Shown here: in pieces, positions 18,035 to 28,958 of the stretch
Numbering within the stretch: position 1 is the stretch's first letter
How the letters are laid out: every line of letters starts with the position of its first letter
From: Bacteroidota bacterium
GTDB taxonomy: Bacteria > Bacteroidota > Bacteroidia > NS11-12g > UBA955
Reading direction: 5' to 3'
Length of the DNA stretch: 64,000 nt
Assembly (NCBI GenBank): GCA_030830065.1
Contig: JAURNR010000053.1
Location: forward strand, 8,543 to 72,542
Notes under the pieces: model-generated
Told to the model about the DNA's origin: nothing
Database searches by the model: none
What the model saw: the letters and a program-made list of their open reading frames with translations, nothing else
Translations under genes and position numbers: made by a program

Positions 18035-18914
18035 TATTATATCCGAATTGATTTAGCATTTTATCATTATTTCGCCATTCTTCTCTAACTTTTACGAACG
18101 TTTCTAAAAATACCTGCTTATCAAAAAACTCTTCTAATTGCTTTCGAGAATCAATACCTAAGCGTTTGATCTTTTTTCCACCCTTCCCAAGTATTATTGG
18201 TTTTTGAGAATCTCTTTCTACTACTATTTCGCAACTAAGTCTTATAATTTTATTAGTTTCCTTAAAGGATAAGGTAATAACTTCACAAGAATATGGTATC
18301 TCTTCATCATACAAAGCTAGTAAGTTGTTTCTGATGATTTCATTCACAAAAAATCTTTCAGACCTATCAGTTAATTGATCTTCCGGAAAATATGGAGGAT
18401 GTATTGGCAGATAATCCAATACCATTTTTTCTAAAACTTCAATTTGAAATTTAAGTTCCGCACTAATAGATAAATAAGCATCTGCGGGGAATTCTTTTTG
18501 AAGGTTATTCATAACCGCAGTTACTTCATCTTGGAAACTTAAATCTAGTTTATTCAGAACCACAATTTTCTTTGCCTTTGAGGATTTGAATTTCTCAATT
18601 AATTCCTCTGTTAAGTTAGGTTTCTTGATATCAAACAATAGAATTAATACATCACTATCCCTTAGAGATTCATTCACAAAACGCATCATTTTTTCATGCA
18701 TTTTGTAAGATGTTTTATGAAGAATTCCAGGTGTATCTGAAAAGATTACCTGAAACCCATCCCCATTTTTTATCCCTAATATACGATGTCGTGTCGTTTG
18801 TGCTTTAGGATTTATAATGGCCAACTTTTCACCTAGCAAAGCATTGTATAAGGTACTTTTACCCGCGTTTGGCATTCCGATAATACTAACAAATCCGCTT
18901 TTAAAATCTTCCAT
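18027..18914 (-). CDS. era: GTPase Era
   Basis: 295 aa with G1 GMPNAGKST, G3 DTPG, G4 NKLD and a C-terminal KH domain (GKGGKKIKRLG). Confidence 0.93.
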   Translation of the reverse strand: MEDFKSGFVSIIGMPNAGKSTLYNALLGEKLAIINPKAQTTRHRILGIKNGDGFQVIFSDTPGILHKTSYKMHEKMMRFVNESLRDSDVLILLFDIKKPNLTEELIEKFKSSKAKKIVVLNKLDLSFQDEVTAVMNNLQKEFPADAYLSISAELKFQIEVLEKMVLDYLPIHPPYFPEDQLTDRSERFFVNEIIRNNLLALYDEEIPYSCEVITLSFKETNKIIRLSCEIVVERDSQKPIILGKGGKKIKRLGIDSRKQLEEFFDKQVFLETFVKVREEWRNNDKMLNQFGYNND

Positions 18915-18919
18915 AATTT

Positions 18920-19813
18920 TTACTTACCTATACACTTTCTTATACCTTCTTCCAGGGAATGAGGAATATACCCCAGCATTTTTTGAGCTTTAGAAATATC
19001 AAGACCGGTAATCGGGGGTCTTTTCGCGGGTTGATTCAATGTAAAACTTGAAACTTTTGAAATATTAGTCATTTCAAAACCATACATATTGGCAATTTTC
19101 TCAACTAACTCATAAATACCAATAAAATCTCTGCCTGCTATATTAAAAATATCATTACCATTTGCCAATGCTGCCAACATACACCCTTGCGCAAGATCAT
19201 CAGCTAAAGTTGGCGTACGAAATTGATCGTCAACGACCTTTGCTTTTTTACCATCTTTCAAGGTGTTGTATGCCCAAAGCATAATATTGCTACGGCTCAT
19301 ATCTGAGACAGTTCCATAAACGAGAACTGTTCTTAAAATTGCGTAGTTACTAGCATTGGTAATGACTGCTTTTTCTGCTTCTAATTTACTCCATCCATAG
19401 TAACTCAGAGGATTTGGTTCTTCATCTTCTTTGTACATTTTTTTGGTTCCATCAAAGATGAAATCTGTACTTAAATGAACTAAACGAAAATTTGAAATAC
19501 TGCTCAACTTTGCAATATTTTTTACTGCCGAAATGTTTAATGCTACACATTCTTCCTTTTTAAACTCACAATCATCTACTTGAGTCATTGCCGCAGTATG
19601 AATAACTACATCTGGTTGCTCTGCCTCAAAAACCTTTTTTAAAGAGTTTAAATCAGTAATATCCATTGTTCTGTATTCATAACCCTTTTTTATTGCATTT
19701 CTATTTTCACCCTTTCCTGTAGCTACAAGTGTGATATAGGGGTATTTTTTTAATACCAGTTCAGTTATTTTTTGGCCTAGAAGGCCGTTACTTCCAGTTA
19801 CTAAAACTTTCAT
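18920..19813 (-). CDS. rfbD: dTDP-4-dehydrorhamnose reductase (RmlD-type SDR)
   Basis: MKVLVTGSNGLLGQ Rossmann start and YGWSKLEAE (YxxxK), at RmlD length. The ORF-track start at 19816 is a TTG one codon upstream of the ATG at 19813. Confidence 0.78.
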   Translation of the reverse strand: MKVLVTGSNGLLGQKITELVLKKYPYITLVATGKGENRNAIKKGYEYRTMDITDLNSLKKVFEAEQPDVVIHTAAMTQVDDCEFKKEECVALNISAVKNIAKLSSISNFRLVHLSTDFIFDGTKKMYKEDEEPNPLSYYGWSKLEAEKAVITNASNYAILRTVLVYGTVSDMSRSNIMLWAYNTLKDGKKAKVVDDQFRTPTLADDLAQGCMLAALANGNDIFNIAGRDFIGIYELVEKIANMYGFEMTNISKVSSFTLNQPAKRPPITGLDISKAQKMLGYIPHSLEEGIRKCIGK

Positions 19814-19921
19814 CAAGTTATTGATTCAGTATTTCAAAGTTGGTTTCAAAAATTGACATGACCAAATAGATAAAAGACTGAGATTTCACTTTAAATTTGA
19901 GGAAGCCCAAATTGTTATTCC

Positions 19922-19929
19922 TATTTTTG
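19922..19929 (+). promoter_or_regulatory. candidate -7 promoter box TATTTTTG for the FAH-family gene
   Basis: Exact TAnnTTTG, 4 nt upstream of ATG 19934. Confidence 0.4.
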
Positions 19930-19933
19930 TTGT

Positions 19934-20941
19934 ATGAAGATAGCTACAATTTCCCACAATAATCAAAATCATGTAGGGCTTGTTCACGATGGCAAAGTGT
20001 TTTTAACTCATGCTATTGATAATTCAATTCCAAATTCACTTAAGGAAATACTTGAAGATTGGAGTACGAATAAACCTAAGTGCCAAAGCATACAAGCAGC
20101 AATTGTAAAAGGAAATCATGCTGATAAAAGTTTAGGGTTTGAAGAGGTTTCATTTCAAGCTCCAATTCCAAACCCAACCTCTTGCAGAGATGGTTATGCG
20201 TTCAGACAACACGTAGCAGCTGCTAGAAGAAACAGAGGCGTTGAAATGATTCCTGAATTTGACCAATATCCTATTTTTTATTTTACCAATCATAATGCTA
20301 TTCAGGGTCCCGGAGTTATTCTTTGTATGCCAGACCATTTCCAAAAGTTAGATTTTGAATTAGAAGCAGCTGTTATCATTGGTAAAAAAGGAAGAAACTT
20401 TACTGCCAACCAAGCGGACGATTACATCGCAGGATATTGCATCATGAATGATATGAGTGCTCGATTGTTGCAAATGGAGGAAATGAAGCTAAATCTTGGA
20501 CCGGCAAAAGGTAAAGACTTTAGCACCGTAATTGGCCCTTGGATGGTAACACCAGATGAACTTGAAGAATTTAAAATTCCAGCAAAAGAAGGGCATACAG
20601 GTAATAACTATAATCTAGGTATGAAGTGCTGGGTAAATGGTGTTCAAGTTAGTGAAGGAAACATGGGTGATATGGATTGGACTTTTGCCGAAATTATTGA
20701 AAGATGCGCTTATGGTACAAATGTTTTACCGGGTGATGTAATAGGGTCTGGCACAGTCGGAACAGGTTGTTTCTTAGAGTTGAATGGAACTGGATTATTC
20801 CATGATAAAAACTATAAAGTTCAATGGTTACAACCTGGAGATGTTGTAGATATGGAGATAGAAGGTTTAGGTAGAATCTCAAACACAATGGTGTTAGATA
20901 AGTCTGATTTATCCATCTTAAGTTTAAAAAAGAACGCCTAA
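19934..20941 (+). CDS. fumarylacetoacetate hydrolase (FAH) family protein
   Basis: 335 aa. [21 protein letters not shown] and GDVIGSGT are characteristic FAH-fold motifs. Confidence 0.82.
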   Translation: MKIATISHNNQNHVGLVHDGKVFLTHAIDNSIPNSLKEILEDWSTNKPKCQSIQAAIVKGNHADKSLGFEEVSFQAPIPNPTSCRDGYAFRQHVAAARRNRGVEMIPEFDQYPIFYFTNHNAIQGPGVILCMPDHFQKLDFELEAAVIIGKKGRNFTANQADDYIAGYCIMNDMSARLLQMEEMKLNLGPAKGKDFSTVIGPWMVTPDELEEFKIPAKEGHTGNNYNLGMKCWVNGVQVSEGNMGDMDWTFAEIIERCAYGTNVLPGDVIGSGTVGTGCFLELNGTGLFHDKNYKVQWLQPGDVVDMEIEGLGRISNTMVLDKSDLSILSLKKNA

Positions 20942-20943
20942 AT

Positions 20944-21738
20944 ATGATTTCAAATCACGAAATAGATTACAAACTGCACGGTGAAGAAATGCAATGTGTG
21001 GAGATTGAATTAGATCCAAAAGAGACTGTTATTGCTGAATCAGGAAGTTTCATGTACATGGATAATGGCATTGAAATGGAAACTATTTTTGGTGATGGGA
21101 GTCAACAAACTAGCGGTTTTTTAGGTAAACTCATGGGAGCGGGCAAGAGACTACTTGTGGGAGAATCATTATTTATGACTGCATTTACACACATGGGGAA
21201 CGGTAAAGCGACAGTGACTTTTGCAGCGCCATATGCGGGTAAAATAGTACCTATGAACCTTTCAAATTTAGGCGGTAAAATTATCTGTCAAAAGGATGCA
21301 TTTTTGTGTGCAGCAAAAGGCGTAAGTGTGGGAATAGAATTTCAACGGCGACTAGGAACTGGTTTATTTGGTGGTGAAGGGTTCATAATGGAAAAACTAG
21401 AAGGTGATGGAATGGCTTTTGTACATGCGGGTGGTTACATAATAGAAAGAGAACTGAAAACAGGAGAAAGTTTCAGGGTAGATACCGGATGTATTGTTGC
21501 CTTCACTGGGTCAATAGATTATGATATTCAATTTGTAAAAGGAATAAAAAATGCCGTGTTTGGTGGAGAGGGTCTATTCTTCGCCGTTCTTCGCGGACCA
21601 GGAAAAGTTTGGCTACAAAGTTTACCAGTTAGCAGATTAGCTGGAAGGATTTTAAGCTATGCCCAACCTGGAAATAGAAAAGGCGAAGGAAGTATACTTG
21701 GCGGCATAGGAAACATGCTCGACGGTGACGGATATTAA
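20944..21738 (+). CDS. AIM24 / TIGR00266 family protein
   Basis: 264 aa. [21 protein letters not shown] and the Gly-rich C-terminal tail fit my recollection of the AIM24 (DUF124) family. Confidence 0.7.
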   Translation: MISNHEIDYKLHGEEMQCVEIELDPKETVIAESGSFMYMDNGIEMETIFGDGSQQTSGFLGKLMGAGKRLLVGESLFMTAFTHMGNGKATVTFAAPYAGKIVPMNLSNLGGKIICQKDAFLCAAKGVSVGIEFQRRLGTGLFGGEGFIMEKLEGDGMAFVHAGGYIIERELKTGESFRVDTGCIVAFTGSIDYDIQFVKGIKNAVFGGEGLFFAVLRGPGKVWLQSLPVSRLAGRILSYAQPGNRKGEGSILGGIGNMLDGDGY

Positions 21739-21739
21739 A

Positions 21740-24013
21740 TTAAAACCAATAGTTCAGCTTTAAAGCCAAACTGCGCCCACCGTATTGCCATATTTCAGCA
21801 TTTGCGTTGGGTGTAAGTTGTGTTTTATCCCAGTTTTGAGAATAAACTAAGAAAACATCACTCATTGGCCTATATCGCCATTGAAAACGAACGTTGATAT
21901 TCATAAGTTTTGATTGTGCATTTAACTGCCAATAACCAATTAAATACGTAGTAGTAGACAAACTATAATCTGCTTTTAACCCCAATAGATCCACAGAATA
22001 AGAGCCTGAATCTCGCAAATTCATATCAACATGCTTGATATTACCAGTGAGGTAAAGTCTAGGAATCTTTCGCCGGCCTAAACCAGGTACTCGATAAGTA
22101 AAATTGGCCGTATATTCTTGTTTAATACCATCAAGAAAATATCCACCAAAATCGACCTCCCCAAAAAAAGCAAATGGCTTTCTTGAATTCGTCCCAAAAG
22201 TCACATTAAAACCTTCCCACTGATGTTCACCATTTAAATAACCACCTCCATTAAGTTTTACGGGAGAAAATGGCAGAAATAATCGGTAATATACTTGATA
22301 TGCAGTAAGATGGACGTATGCACTATTCTGAAATTTTATTTCAGTACCTCCGGCTAATAATGATTCCGTTGGGTCATAAGCACTATCGAAATAACTAGAG
22401 TTATAAATATAGGCTGAATAAGAATTAATAAGTTTACTATTTGGATAGTATATTCTTTTAAATTCAGGCTCCAATCTCCAATAATCCATTTTTACGATGC
22501 TACCTGTTGTTGGGTCATAATTATCTACTCTGGGGACAAAACCTGTTCTTGCTTGGAAGTATTTGCTTACATATTCATGATTCCACATAAACTGCCAGCC
22601 CAATATTTTATACAATAGAAAAGAGGCATGAGCATAACCCTTTTCCGAGGTTAATCCAGGATAGAATGATTTTTGTACAAACGCCTTGCCCCACCATGTA
22701 TTATCCGGCGTCAAAAAATTAAATTCAGTACCAATAACTGAATTATAATCGTTCTTATTTTGTTCAATTCGTTGGTCGTGTACTAAAATTAATCCCACAT
22801 TCGAAGCCTCTAAAACTTTCTTTTGTAAAGCTGCTACCGTATAATTTGTGGCAATGGCACCTTTAGAAGCATCGGTTCCTGTGGTAACATTCATGAGACC
22901 TAAACGAAGGTCGTTCCCATATTTCCCACTTAACCTCAAGCCATATTCAATTGGTATATTTTCTCTTGATGGACTTAACCCTATCCTTCTACTAAAGAAT
23001 GGTCTAATCTGCCTAAATCCAAAATTCGCAAACAGATCGCTATTTTCAATAAAAAACTGCCGTCTCTCTGGAAAAAATAAACTGTAACGAGATAAATTTA
23101 TTTGCTGCTGATCCACATCTACCTGCGCAAAGTCCGGATTTACAGTTACATCCAAATTTAAACTCGGTGTTATACCTAATTTACCATCAAATCCTATACT
23201 TGGTCTATTAATAATGGAACTATTTTTAGTTTGTTGAATAGAAGCATTACTTATATATGGTACAAATACACCATTAAAAAATTTCTTTTCAATGGGCTTC
23301 TCCCATTTCATAGTATCTGCGAAAACTAAACTACTCACATTAAACAATCGAGGCACCTTCGTATAATTACTCACTTCATTGTTTCTCAGATCAAATCGCG
23401 ATACATTGAACGTCCAGTTTTTCATTCCTGGAACAAATCGAATACTAGAAAAAGGTATTTTTAACTCTGCAAACCAATATTTTTCTGATATGTGAGTTTC
23501 ACTAAACCAAACTTGATCCCAGGCAGTGGTAACACCATAAACTCCACCATTTTGAATTTCTCCTTCACGTTGAGCATTATATGGAGTAACTCCAAATGAA
23601 AATCCATTCTGACCATCCATATAGGGAGATAGACTTAAAACTACAGCATCGTTTGTATTTACCGAAAAGTCTCGTTTCAAATTGTTGATTACAAAAGGTT
23701 TTTGGTTATTGCGATTTTCACAAATTATCCCGGCGTAAATAAATTTATCATCGTGACACAAAGCAAACCATGTTTGGGTATTAGCATTCCCCGTATCATA
23801 TGGGTAACTCTGGTAGAATCCAGTGTGATAGTCTAAATAAATCCATGTAGAATCCTCTAAAAGTCCATCAATTTGAATTGTGGAGGTTGTCTTTTTAATT
23901 ACAACTGGTCCCTTTCCAAGCTTAAAATTCTTTGGTTGGGAAAATAAAAGATTTGAGCAGCAAATACTTAAAGTATAAATTAAAAATAAACTGAGTGTCT
24001 TGCCTGTACCCAT
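21740..24013 (-). CDS. DUF5916 / carbohydrate-binding family 9-like outer-membrane-associated protein
   Basis: 757 aa with a signal peptide, an N-terminal IDGLLEDSTW CBM9-like segment and a long beta-rich C-terminal part ending in aromatic residues. The family call is from memory. Confidence 0.55.
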   Translation of the reverse strand: MGTGKTLSLFLIYTLSICCSNLLFSQPKNFKLGKGPVVIKKTTSTIQIDGLLEDSTWIYLDYHTGFYQSYPYDTGNANTQTWFALCHDDKFIYAGIICENRNNQKPFVINNLKRDFSVNTNDAVVLSLSPYMDGQNGFSFGVTPYNAQREGEIQNGGVYGVTTAWDQVWFSETHISEKYWFAELKIPFSSIRFVPGMKNWTFNVSRFDLRNNEVSNYTKVPRLFNVSSLVFADTMKWEKPIEKKFFNGVFVPYISNASIQQTKNSSIINRPSIGFDGKLGITPSLNLDVTVNPDFAQVDVDQQQINLSRYSLFFPERRQFFIENSDLFANFGFRQIRPFFSRRIGLSPSRENIPIEYGLRLSGKYGNDLRLGLMNVTTGTDASKGAIATNYTVAALQKKVLEASNVGLILVHDQRIEQNKNDYNSVIGTEFNFLTPDNTWWGKAFVQKSFYPGLTSEKGYAHASFLLYKILGWQFMWNHEYVSKYFQARTGFVPRVDNYDPTTGSIVKMDYWRLEPEFKRIYYPNSKLINSYSAYIYNSSYFDSAYDPTESLLAGGTEIKFQNSAYVHLTAYQVYYRLFLPFSPVKLNGGGYLNGEHQWEGFNVTFGTNSRKPFAFFGEVDFGGYFLDGIKQEYTANFTYRVPGLGRRKIPRLYLTGNIKHVDMNLRDSGSYSVDLLGLKADYSLSTTTYLIGYWQLNAQSKLMNINVRFQWRYRPMSDVFLVYSQNWDKTQLTPNANAEIWQYGGRSLALKLNYWF

Positions 24014-25248
24014 TAATTTTTTAATGCTTCTGCCCGTTTTTGAGCTTGAGTCATTTTGTTTATTGATTTAAAATAATCAAGTTTTTTACTGTCAACCTCA
24101 AACTTTAGAACCTTACCCGCAATTAAAAACATTCCTCTGGGGATGTTATTCCAATCACGAATTTGCTGCGTTGTACAGCTAAATATATCGTTCAATGTGT
24201 ATAGACCATCTCCCTTTTTAACTGTATAATATACCCAAGCCTTTTGAACTTCTTCCTCTGAGTTATCTTCAATAACAACTTCCTCTTGATTAGGCTCTAC
24301 TCTTTCAATGGTATCCCCATCTACTATTTGTGTAATAGTATCATAGGTAATTATTGGCTTATTTTCATTCTCAATCCATAGCGCAATAGAATCCTTATTT
24401 TTATTGTATAATTCACTCACATTTACTGGTATATTAAATTGAATAGGATTAAAACCTAAATAAGGAATTACTGATGTTTTGAAGGATGGATTGCAATTAA
24501 GTATCACCGATTGATTCACCTCAATATATTTTTCTAAAATTGATAAAGGAACATTTTGCTTAACACTACTTACCAAAATAGAATTTGGAAGTGAAAATAA
24601 TATTGGTTTCGGAGACTTTTTCTCCTTTGCAAAAGTTACTGCTAAGACTGTTGCATAAAAATGTTCTATTAAAATCTGCTCATCATCTGAAAGTTCATCA
24701 AACAACACGTCAAACTCTAAACTCTGTGTTGAATGAATAACTTGATTTAAACGTGCTGGCCCAATAATATATGCTGCAATTGTTTTTTTCCAATCTAAGT
24801 AAATTTGTTCCAATCCTTTTATATGCTTAATGGCAACCTCCGTAGATTTCTTCAAATCACGCCTTTCATCATAAAGTGCAGTTTGTTTCAGCCCATATTT
24901 CTTACCTATATTGAATAGGATTCCCCAATACCCTGAACGGCTATCTACGTTGTGGTACTTAAGATCACAAGAAGAAATTGTTACTGGTAAAATTGAGAGA
25001 TACCAAGGTAAATTAGATGAGTTGAAAAGATCCTTTAATTCTTTATTGAAATAATCATATTTGCCTAATATTTCAGGAAAACCTGGAGATTGCAGGATAG
25101 AATCTGCTATTTCAATAACTCCGTCTCCGTGAAATCCTGGCAGTGATTTATTTAATTCTAAATCTAACTGATGTTTTAATAAAGCTGGCTTTTGAGCCAC
25201 TAATGTGTTTACAAAAACTAAGCCAATAACGAAAACAAAAAATCTCAT
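24013..25248 (-). CDS. MltD-like protein with degenerate lytic transglycosylase domain and C-terminal LysM
   Basis: 411 aa with a signal peptide. LPWYLSILPVTISSCD...SRSGYWGILFNIGKKYGLKQTALYDERRD...TIAAYIIG aligns with the MltD SLT core as I recall it. The C-terminal YYTVKKGDGLYTLNDIF...IRDWNNI is a LysM motif. Confidence 0.6.
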   Translation of the reverse strand: MRFFVFVIGLVFVNTLVAQKPALLKHQLDLELNKSLPGFHGDGVIEIADSILQSPGFPEILGKYDYFNKELKDLFNSSNLPWYLSILPVTISSCDLKYHNVDSRSGYWGILFNIGKKYGLKQTALYDERRDLKKSTEVAIKHIKGLEQIYLDWKKTIAAYIIGPARLNQVIHSTQSLEFDVLFDELSDDEQILIEHFYATVLAVTFAKEKKSPKPILFSLPNSILVSSVKQNVPLSILEKYIEVNQSVILNCNPSFKTSVIPYLGFNPIQFNIPVNVSELYNKNKDSIALWIENENKPIITYDTITQIVDGDTIERVEPNQEEVVIEDNSEEEVQKAWVYYTVKKGDGLYTLNDIFSCTTQQIRDWNNIPRGMFLIAGKVLKFEVDSKKLDYFKSINKMTQAQKRAEALKN

Positions 25249-25255
25249 ATAATTA

Positions 25256-26683
25256 TTAAACGTACAAATCCATCAATTTTTGTGAAATTGAGAATAATTC
25301 GTTCTCCGCGTTCTCTTTCGTAATAAGTTGTACCCCTAGTGGCAGTCCTGATGAAGTTTTATACAAAGGAAGTGAAATAGCAGGATTACCCGATAAATTA
25401 GCTTGTACGGTAAATAAATCTGCTAAATACATTGCAATTGGATCCTTGCTTTTTTCACCCAATTTGAATGCCGGCGTACTAGTTGTAGGAATTAAAATCG
25501 CGTCTGAGTTTTCGAGTATTTTACGAGTTTCATTTTGTATAATTCTTCTTACCTTCTGAGCTTTTTCATAATATGCGTCGTATTGATCACTAGAAAGTAC
25601 AAACGTACCTAGCATAATTCTGCGCTTAACTTCCGCACCAAAACCCTCGGTTCTCGATAATGTATAAGTGGACTCTAAATCGGTAGCATTTTGGCTTCGG
25701 TATCCGTACATCATTCCAGAGTAACGTGAAAGGTTACTACTTGCTTCAGCAGTGGTTAAAACATAATAGGTAGGTACCATTGAGTCTAGCAAAGGAAAAT
25801 CGAAGTATGTGATTGTATGTCCTTCGGCCTCAAGTTTTAAAACTAGATTTTTTAAACCTACAACAACCTCTGCATCCATACCGGGGTGTTCAATAGCTTC
25901 ACGCATGACTGAAAAAGTCATTTTTTCTTTCTTGCTTTTTAAATCTAATTCTAACGGTGGAATTTGACTCATACTTGCATCTTGGCTGTCAGCTCCAGAC
26001 ATTATTTGTGTCACCAAGGCAGCATCTTCAACAGAATGTGTCATTGGGCCAATCTGGTCAAAGCTTGAAGCATATGCCAATAAACCCCAGCGGCTAATTC
26101 TACCGTAACTTGGTTTTAGACCTATAATTCCATTAAAAGCAGCGGGCTGACGTATACTTCCTCCAGTATCCGAACCTAATGCAACGTGACACATATTTGC
26201 AGCGACTGCAACAGCGCTACCTCCACTTGACCCTCCAGGAACTAATTCAGGATTGATTGCATTTTTCACAGGACCAAAAGCACTATTTTCATTAGATGCA
26301 CCCATTGCGAATTCATCGCAATTAGTTCTACCAATTATTATAGCATCTTGATCAATTAGTCGTTGTATTGCAGTTGCTGTATATAGTGACTCAAACCCTT
26401 CCAAAATTTTAGAAGAGTTACTTACCTTATGTCCTTTATAAGCAAGATTATCTTTGATGGCAATAACAACACCAAAAAGACTACCCAAAGAATCCTTATT
26501 AGCAATTTTTTGGTCTAACTGATTGGCTGTTTCGATCGCTTCCTCATTCCAAACTTCAAGAAAAGCATTTAGATCATTGCGTGCGTTTATATTGTCCAAG
26601 TATCCTTGAACTAACTGCACACAAGTGATTTCACCATTCCTTAAGTCGGATTGGATTTCTGAAATGTTTTTGTAGGATTTCAA
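25256..26683 (-). CDS. gatA: Asp-tRNA(Asn)/Glu-tRNA(Gln) amidotransferase subunit A
   Basis: 475 aa with the amidase signature GGSSGGSAVAVAA...GSDTGGSIRQPA. The ORF-track start is a TTG. Confidence 0.93.
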   Translation of the reverse strand: MKSYKNISEIQSDLRNGEITCVQLVQGYLDNINARNDLNAFLEVWNEEAIETANQLDQKIANKDSLGSLFGVVIAIKDNLAYKGHKVSNSSKILEGFESLYTATAIQRLIDQDAIIIGRTNCDEFAMGASNENSAFGPVKNAINPELVPGGSSGGSAVAVAANMCHVALGSDTGGSIRQPAAFNGIIGLKPSYGRISRWGLLAYASSFDQIGPMTHSVEDAALVTQIMSGADSQDASMSQIPPLELDLKSKKEKMTFSVMREAIEHPGMDAEVVVGLKNLVLKLEAEGHTITYFDFPLLDSMVPTYYVLTTAEASSNLSRYSGMMYGYRSQNATDLESTYTLSRTEGFGAEVKRRIMLGTFVLSSDQYDAYYEKAQKVRRIIQNETRKILENSDAILIPTTSTPAFKLGEKSKDPIAMYLADLFTVQANLSGNPAISLPLYKTSSGLPLGVQLITKENAENELFSISQKLMDLYV

Positions 26684-26685
26684 AG

Positions 26686-26907
26686 TTACTCTGATTTCTT
26701 TTCAGGGCTTTCGTCTTTCATTCCTTTTTGGAATTCATCTTTGATGCCATCTTTTGCACTGTTGAATTCTTTAACACCACGACCTAAACCGCGCATTAAC
26801 TCGGGAATCTTCTTTCCTCCAAACAATAACAATAGAATAAGCGCAACAACGATGATTTCTTGAGTACCCATTCCGAAAATCAACCATGTGGTTAGCAATG
26901 TATTCAT
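26686..26907 (-). CDS. tatA: twin-arginine translocase subunit TatA/E
   Basis: 73 aa. One TM segment followed by FGGKKIPELMRGLGRGVKEFN, the classic TatA hinge and amphipathic helix. Confidence 0.85.
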   Translation of the reverse strand: MNTLLTTWLIFGMGTQEIIVVALILLLLFGGKKIPELMRGLGRGVKEFNSAKDGIKDEFQKGMKDESPEKKSE

Positions 26908-26914
26908 AAGAACA

Positions 26915-26922
26915 CAAAGATA
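26915..26922 (-). promoter_or_regulatory. candidate -7 promoter box TATCTTTG for tatA
   Basis: Exact TAnnTTTG on the minus strand, 7 nt upstream of ATG 26907. Confidence 0.35.
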
Positions 26923-26946
26923 GCAATATTTCGGGGTTTATCGCGA

Positions 26947-28263
26947 CTATGAATTAGTATCCATCGTCCAATTTGCCTTGTCACTCGGATTAAACTGCCA
27001 TGGAGCTCCGTTGTTTTCCATATTGGTGAACATATTGTTCAATTCCGATGGTGCAGCACTTTGTTCCATAACCTGATATTGACGCATTTGCATTATAATA
27101 TCTACCGGATTAATATTAACCGGACATGCGTCTACACAAGCATTACATGTGGTACAAGCCCAAAGTTCCTCTTTAGAAATATAAGAATGCAAATCCTTAC
27201 CGTCTTCAATACGTGTAGTATTGGGGTCAGCATCATGTTTTTTTCCTACCTCTTCAACTCTATCTCGGGTATCCATCATTACTTTTCTCGGACTTAATAA
27301 TTTACCAGTTAAATTGGCCGGACAAACACTACTGCATCTACCACATTCGGTACAGCTGTATGCATCCATGAGGTTTTTCCATGTTAAATCATAAATATCT
27401 TTAGCACCAAACCCAGCTGGAGGTTCATAACCCTCTGGAGGTTGAGCCGTTGGGTCCATCATAAGTTTCACTTCAGTGGTTACTGACTCCATATTTCCTA
27501 AAGCACCCTTAGCTCTTATTGAAGAAAAATAAACATTAGGAAATGCCATAATTATATGCCAGTGTTTACTAAAAGGTAAATAATTCATAAATAGTATAAT
27601 ACCTATAAAGTGAAACCACCAAAATGTTCTTTCTAAAACATGTAGGGTTGAACTGCTATACCCATCAAAAAATGGAATTAGGTATTTACTAATTGGGAAT
27701 GAACCATGGTTGGCAATTTCACCCCTGGATTGTAAAACCTGTTCTGCTGCATTCATTTTTAACAAAGCAGACATTAAAACGATTTCAACAATTAGGATTA
27801 TTGTAGCATCTTTAGTAGGCCATCCTTTCATTTCTCGCATTGTAAATCGGGAAACTTTCAATATCCACCTTCTTGCTAAGAAAACTACACAAGCCACCAA
27901 TACACCTAAAGCTAAAATCTCAAAAAAGCCAATTGCGGTATCATATAATTTACCCAACAGAGGTGCAAATAATCTATGAGTTCCGAAAAGCCCATCTAAT
28001 AATATTTCTAAAACTTCAATATTAATTAAAACAAAACCAGCATAAATTATAATGTGAAAAAATCCAGCAACTGGACGTCTAACCATTTTACTTTGACCTA
28101 AGGCTACCAATATGGTTTGCTTCCACCTTTCTTTAGGATTATCATTTATAGTAATGTCCCTTCCAAGGTTAATATTTCGCTTAATTGTTGCAATACTTTT
28201 TATAAAAAAGTAAACCCCAACGCCTAATATAATTGCAAAAATGATTTGAGAAATCCACTCCAT
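26947..28263 (-). CDS. membrane-bound (Fe-S)-binding protein with two 4Fe-4S ferredoxin motifs
   Basis: 438 aa. An N-terminal polytopic membrane domain is followed by CTECGRCSSVCP and CTTCNACVDACP (CxxCxxCxxxCP x2). Confidence 0.72.
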   Translation of the reverse strand: MEWISQIIFAIILGVGVYFFIKSIATIKRNINLGRDITINDNPKERWKQTILVALGQSKMVRRPVAGFFHIIIYAGFVLINIEVLEILLDGLFGTHRLFAPLLGKLYDTAIGFFEILALGVLVACVVFLARRWILKVSRFTMREMKGWPTKDATIILIVEIVLMSALLKMNAAEQVLQSRGEIANHGSFPISKYLIPFFDGYSSSTLHVLERTFWWFHFIGIILFMNYLPFSKHWHIIMAFPNVYFSSIRAKGALGNMESVTTEVKLMMDPTAQPPEGYEPPAGFGAKDIYDLTWKNLMDAYSCTECGRCSSVCPANLTGKLLSPRKVMMDTRDRVEEVGKKHDADPNTTRIEDGKDLHSYISKEELWACTTCNACVDACPVNINPVDIIMQMRQYQVMEQSAAPSELNNMFTNMENNGAPWQFNPSDKANWTMDTNS

Positions 28264-28325
28264 TATTACGAAAATAAGTGTATTGAATTAAAGATGCCTA
28301 ATTCAAGACATCTGATATATTTAAA

Positions 28326-28958
28326 TTAATCCATTACAATACGAACTGCCTCAAATACTTCGGCGTAATGTCTTGCAACTTGCACCCCTCTCATTCTGAG
28401 TTGAGAACGCAAAAACTCCTCATTTGCATAAGGCCGATGAGCTTGACTTTTATACTCTCCCAAAGCTGCAATTTTTCTAAGAACATCTTTTTCAGAAACG
28501 ACTTCAAACGCACAAGTGTTAAAATTAAGATTGTTCCAAGGTAGCTCATATGAGAAAATATTTGAGAACTTGAATGCTCTTAATGCTTCTTCTGCAATTG
28601 TCTTATGATCTTGATGAATATCATTTAAACTAGGAATTAAAATGGTATCTGGTTTCAATTCCTCTCTAAGTTTAATCATAAGATCTAAAATTTCTTGACG
28701 ATGATAGTTGAAAGTCCTAACATCAAAACGATGCAATCGAAGAAAATCAGATTTTATTCCTAATTGTTTTGTTGCTGCTTTTACCTCGGTAATTAAAATA
28801 TCCTTAGGAAATTGTGACAATACACTTTGTTCGCAAGCACTAAAAGCAACATAATAAACCTCTTTTCCTTGATCAATAAGTTTCGAAATAGTTGCTCCAC
28901 ATCCAAGTTCTCCATCGTCGGTATGAGGAGAAAGTAAAAGAATTTTATCACCTACCAT
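28326..28958 (-). CDS. PIG-L / LmbE family N-acetylglucosaminyl deacetylase
   Basis: 210 aa. LLLSPHTDDGELGCG and HQDH are the PIG-L zinc-site motifs. Its start overlaps the upstream stop by 7 nt. Confidence 0.8.
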   Translation of the reverse strand: MVGDKILLLSPHTDDGELGCGATISKLIDQGKEVYYVAFSACEQSVLSQFPKDILITEVKAATKQLGIKSDFLRLHRFDVRTFNYHRQEILDLMIKLREELKPDTILIPSLNDIHQDHKTIAEEALRAFKFSNIFSYELPWNNLNFNTCAFEVVSEKDVLRKIAALGEYKSQAHRPYANEEFLRSQLRMRGVQVARHYAEVFEAVRIVMD

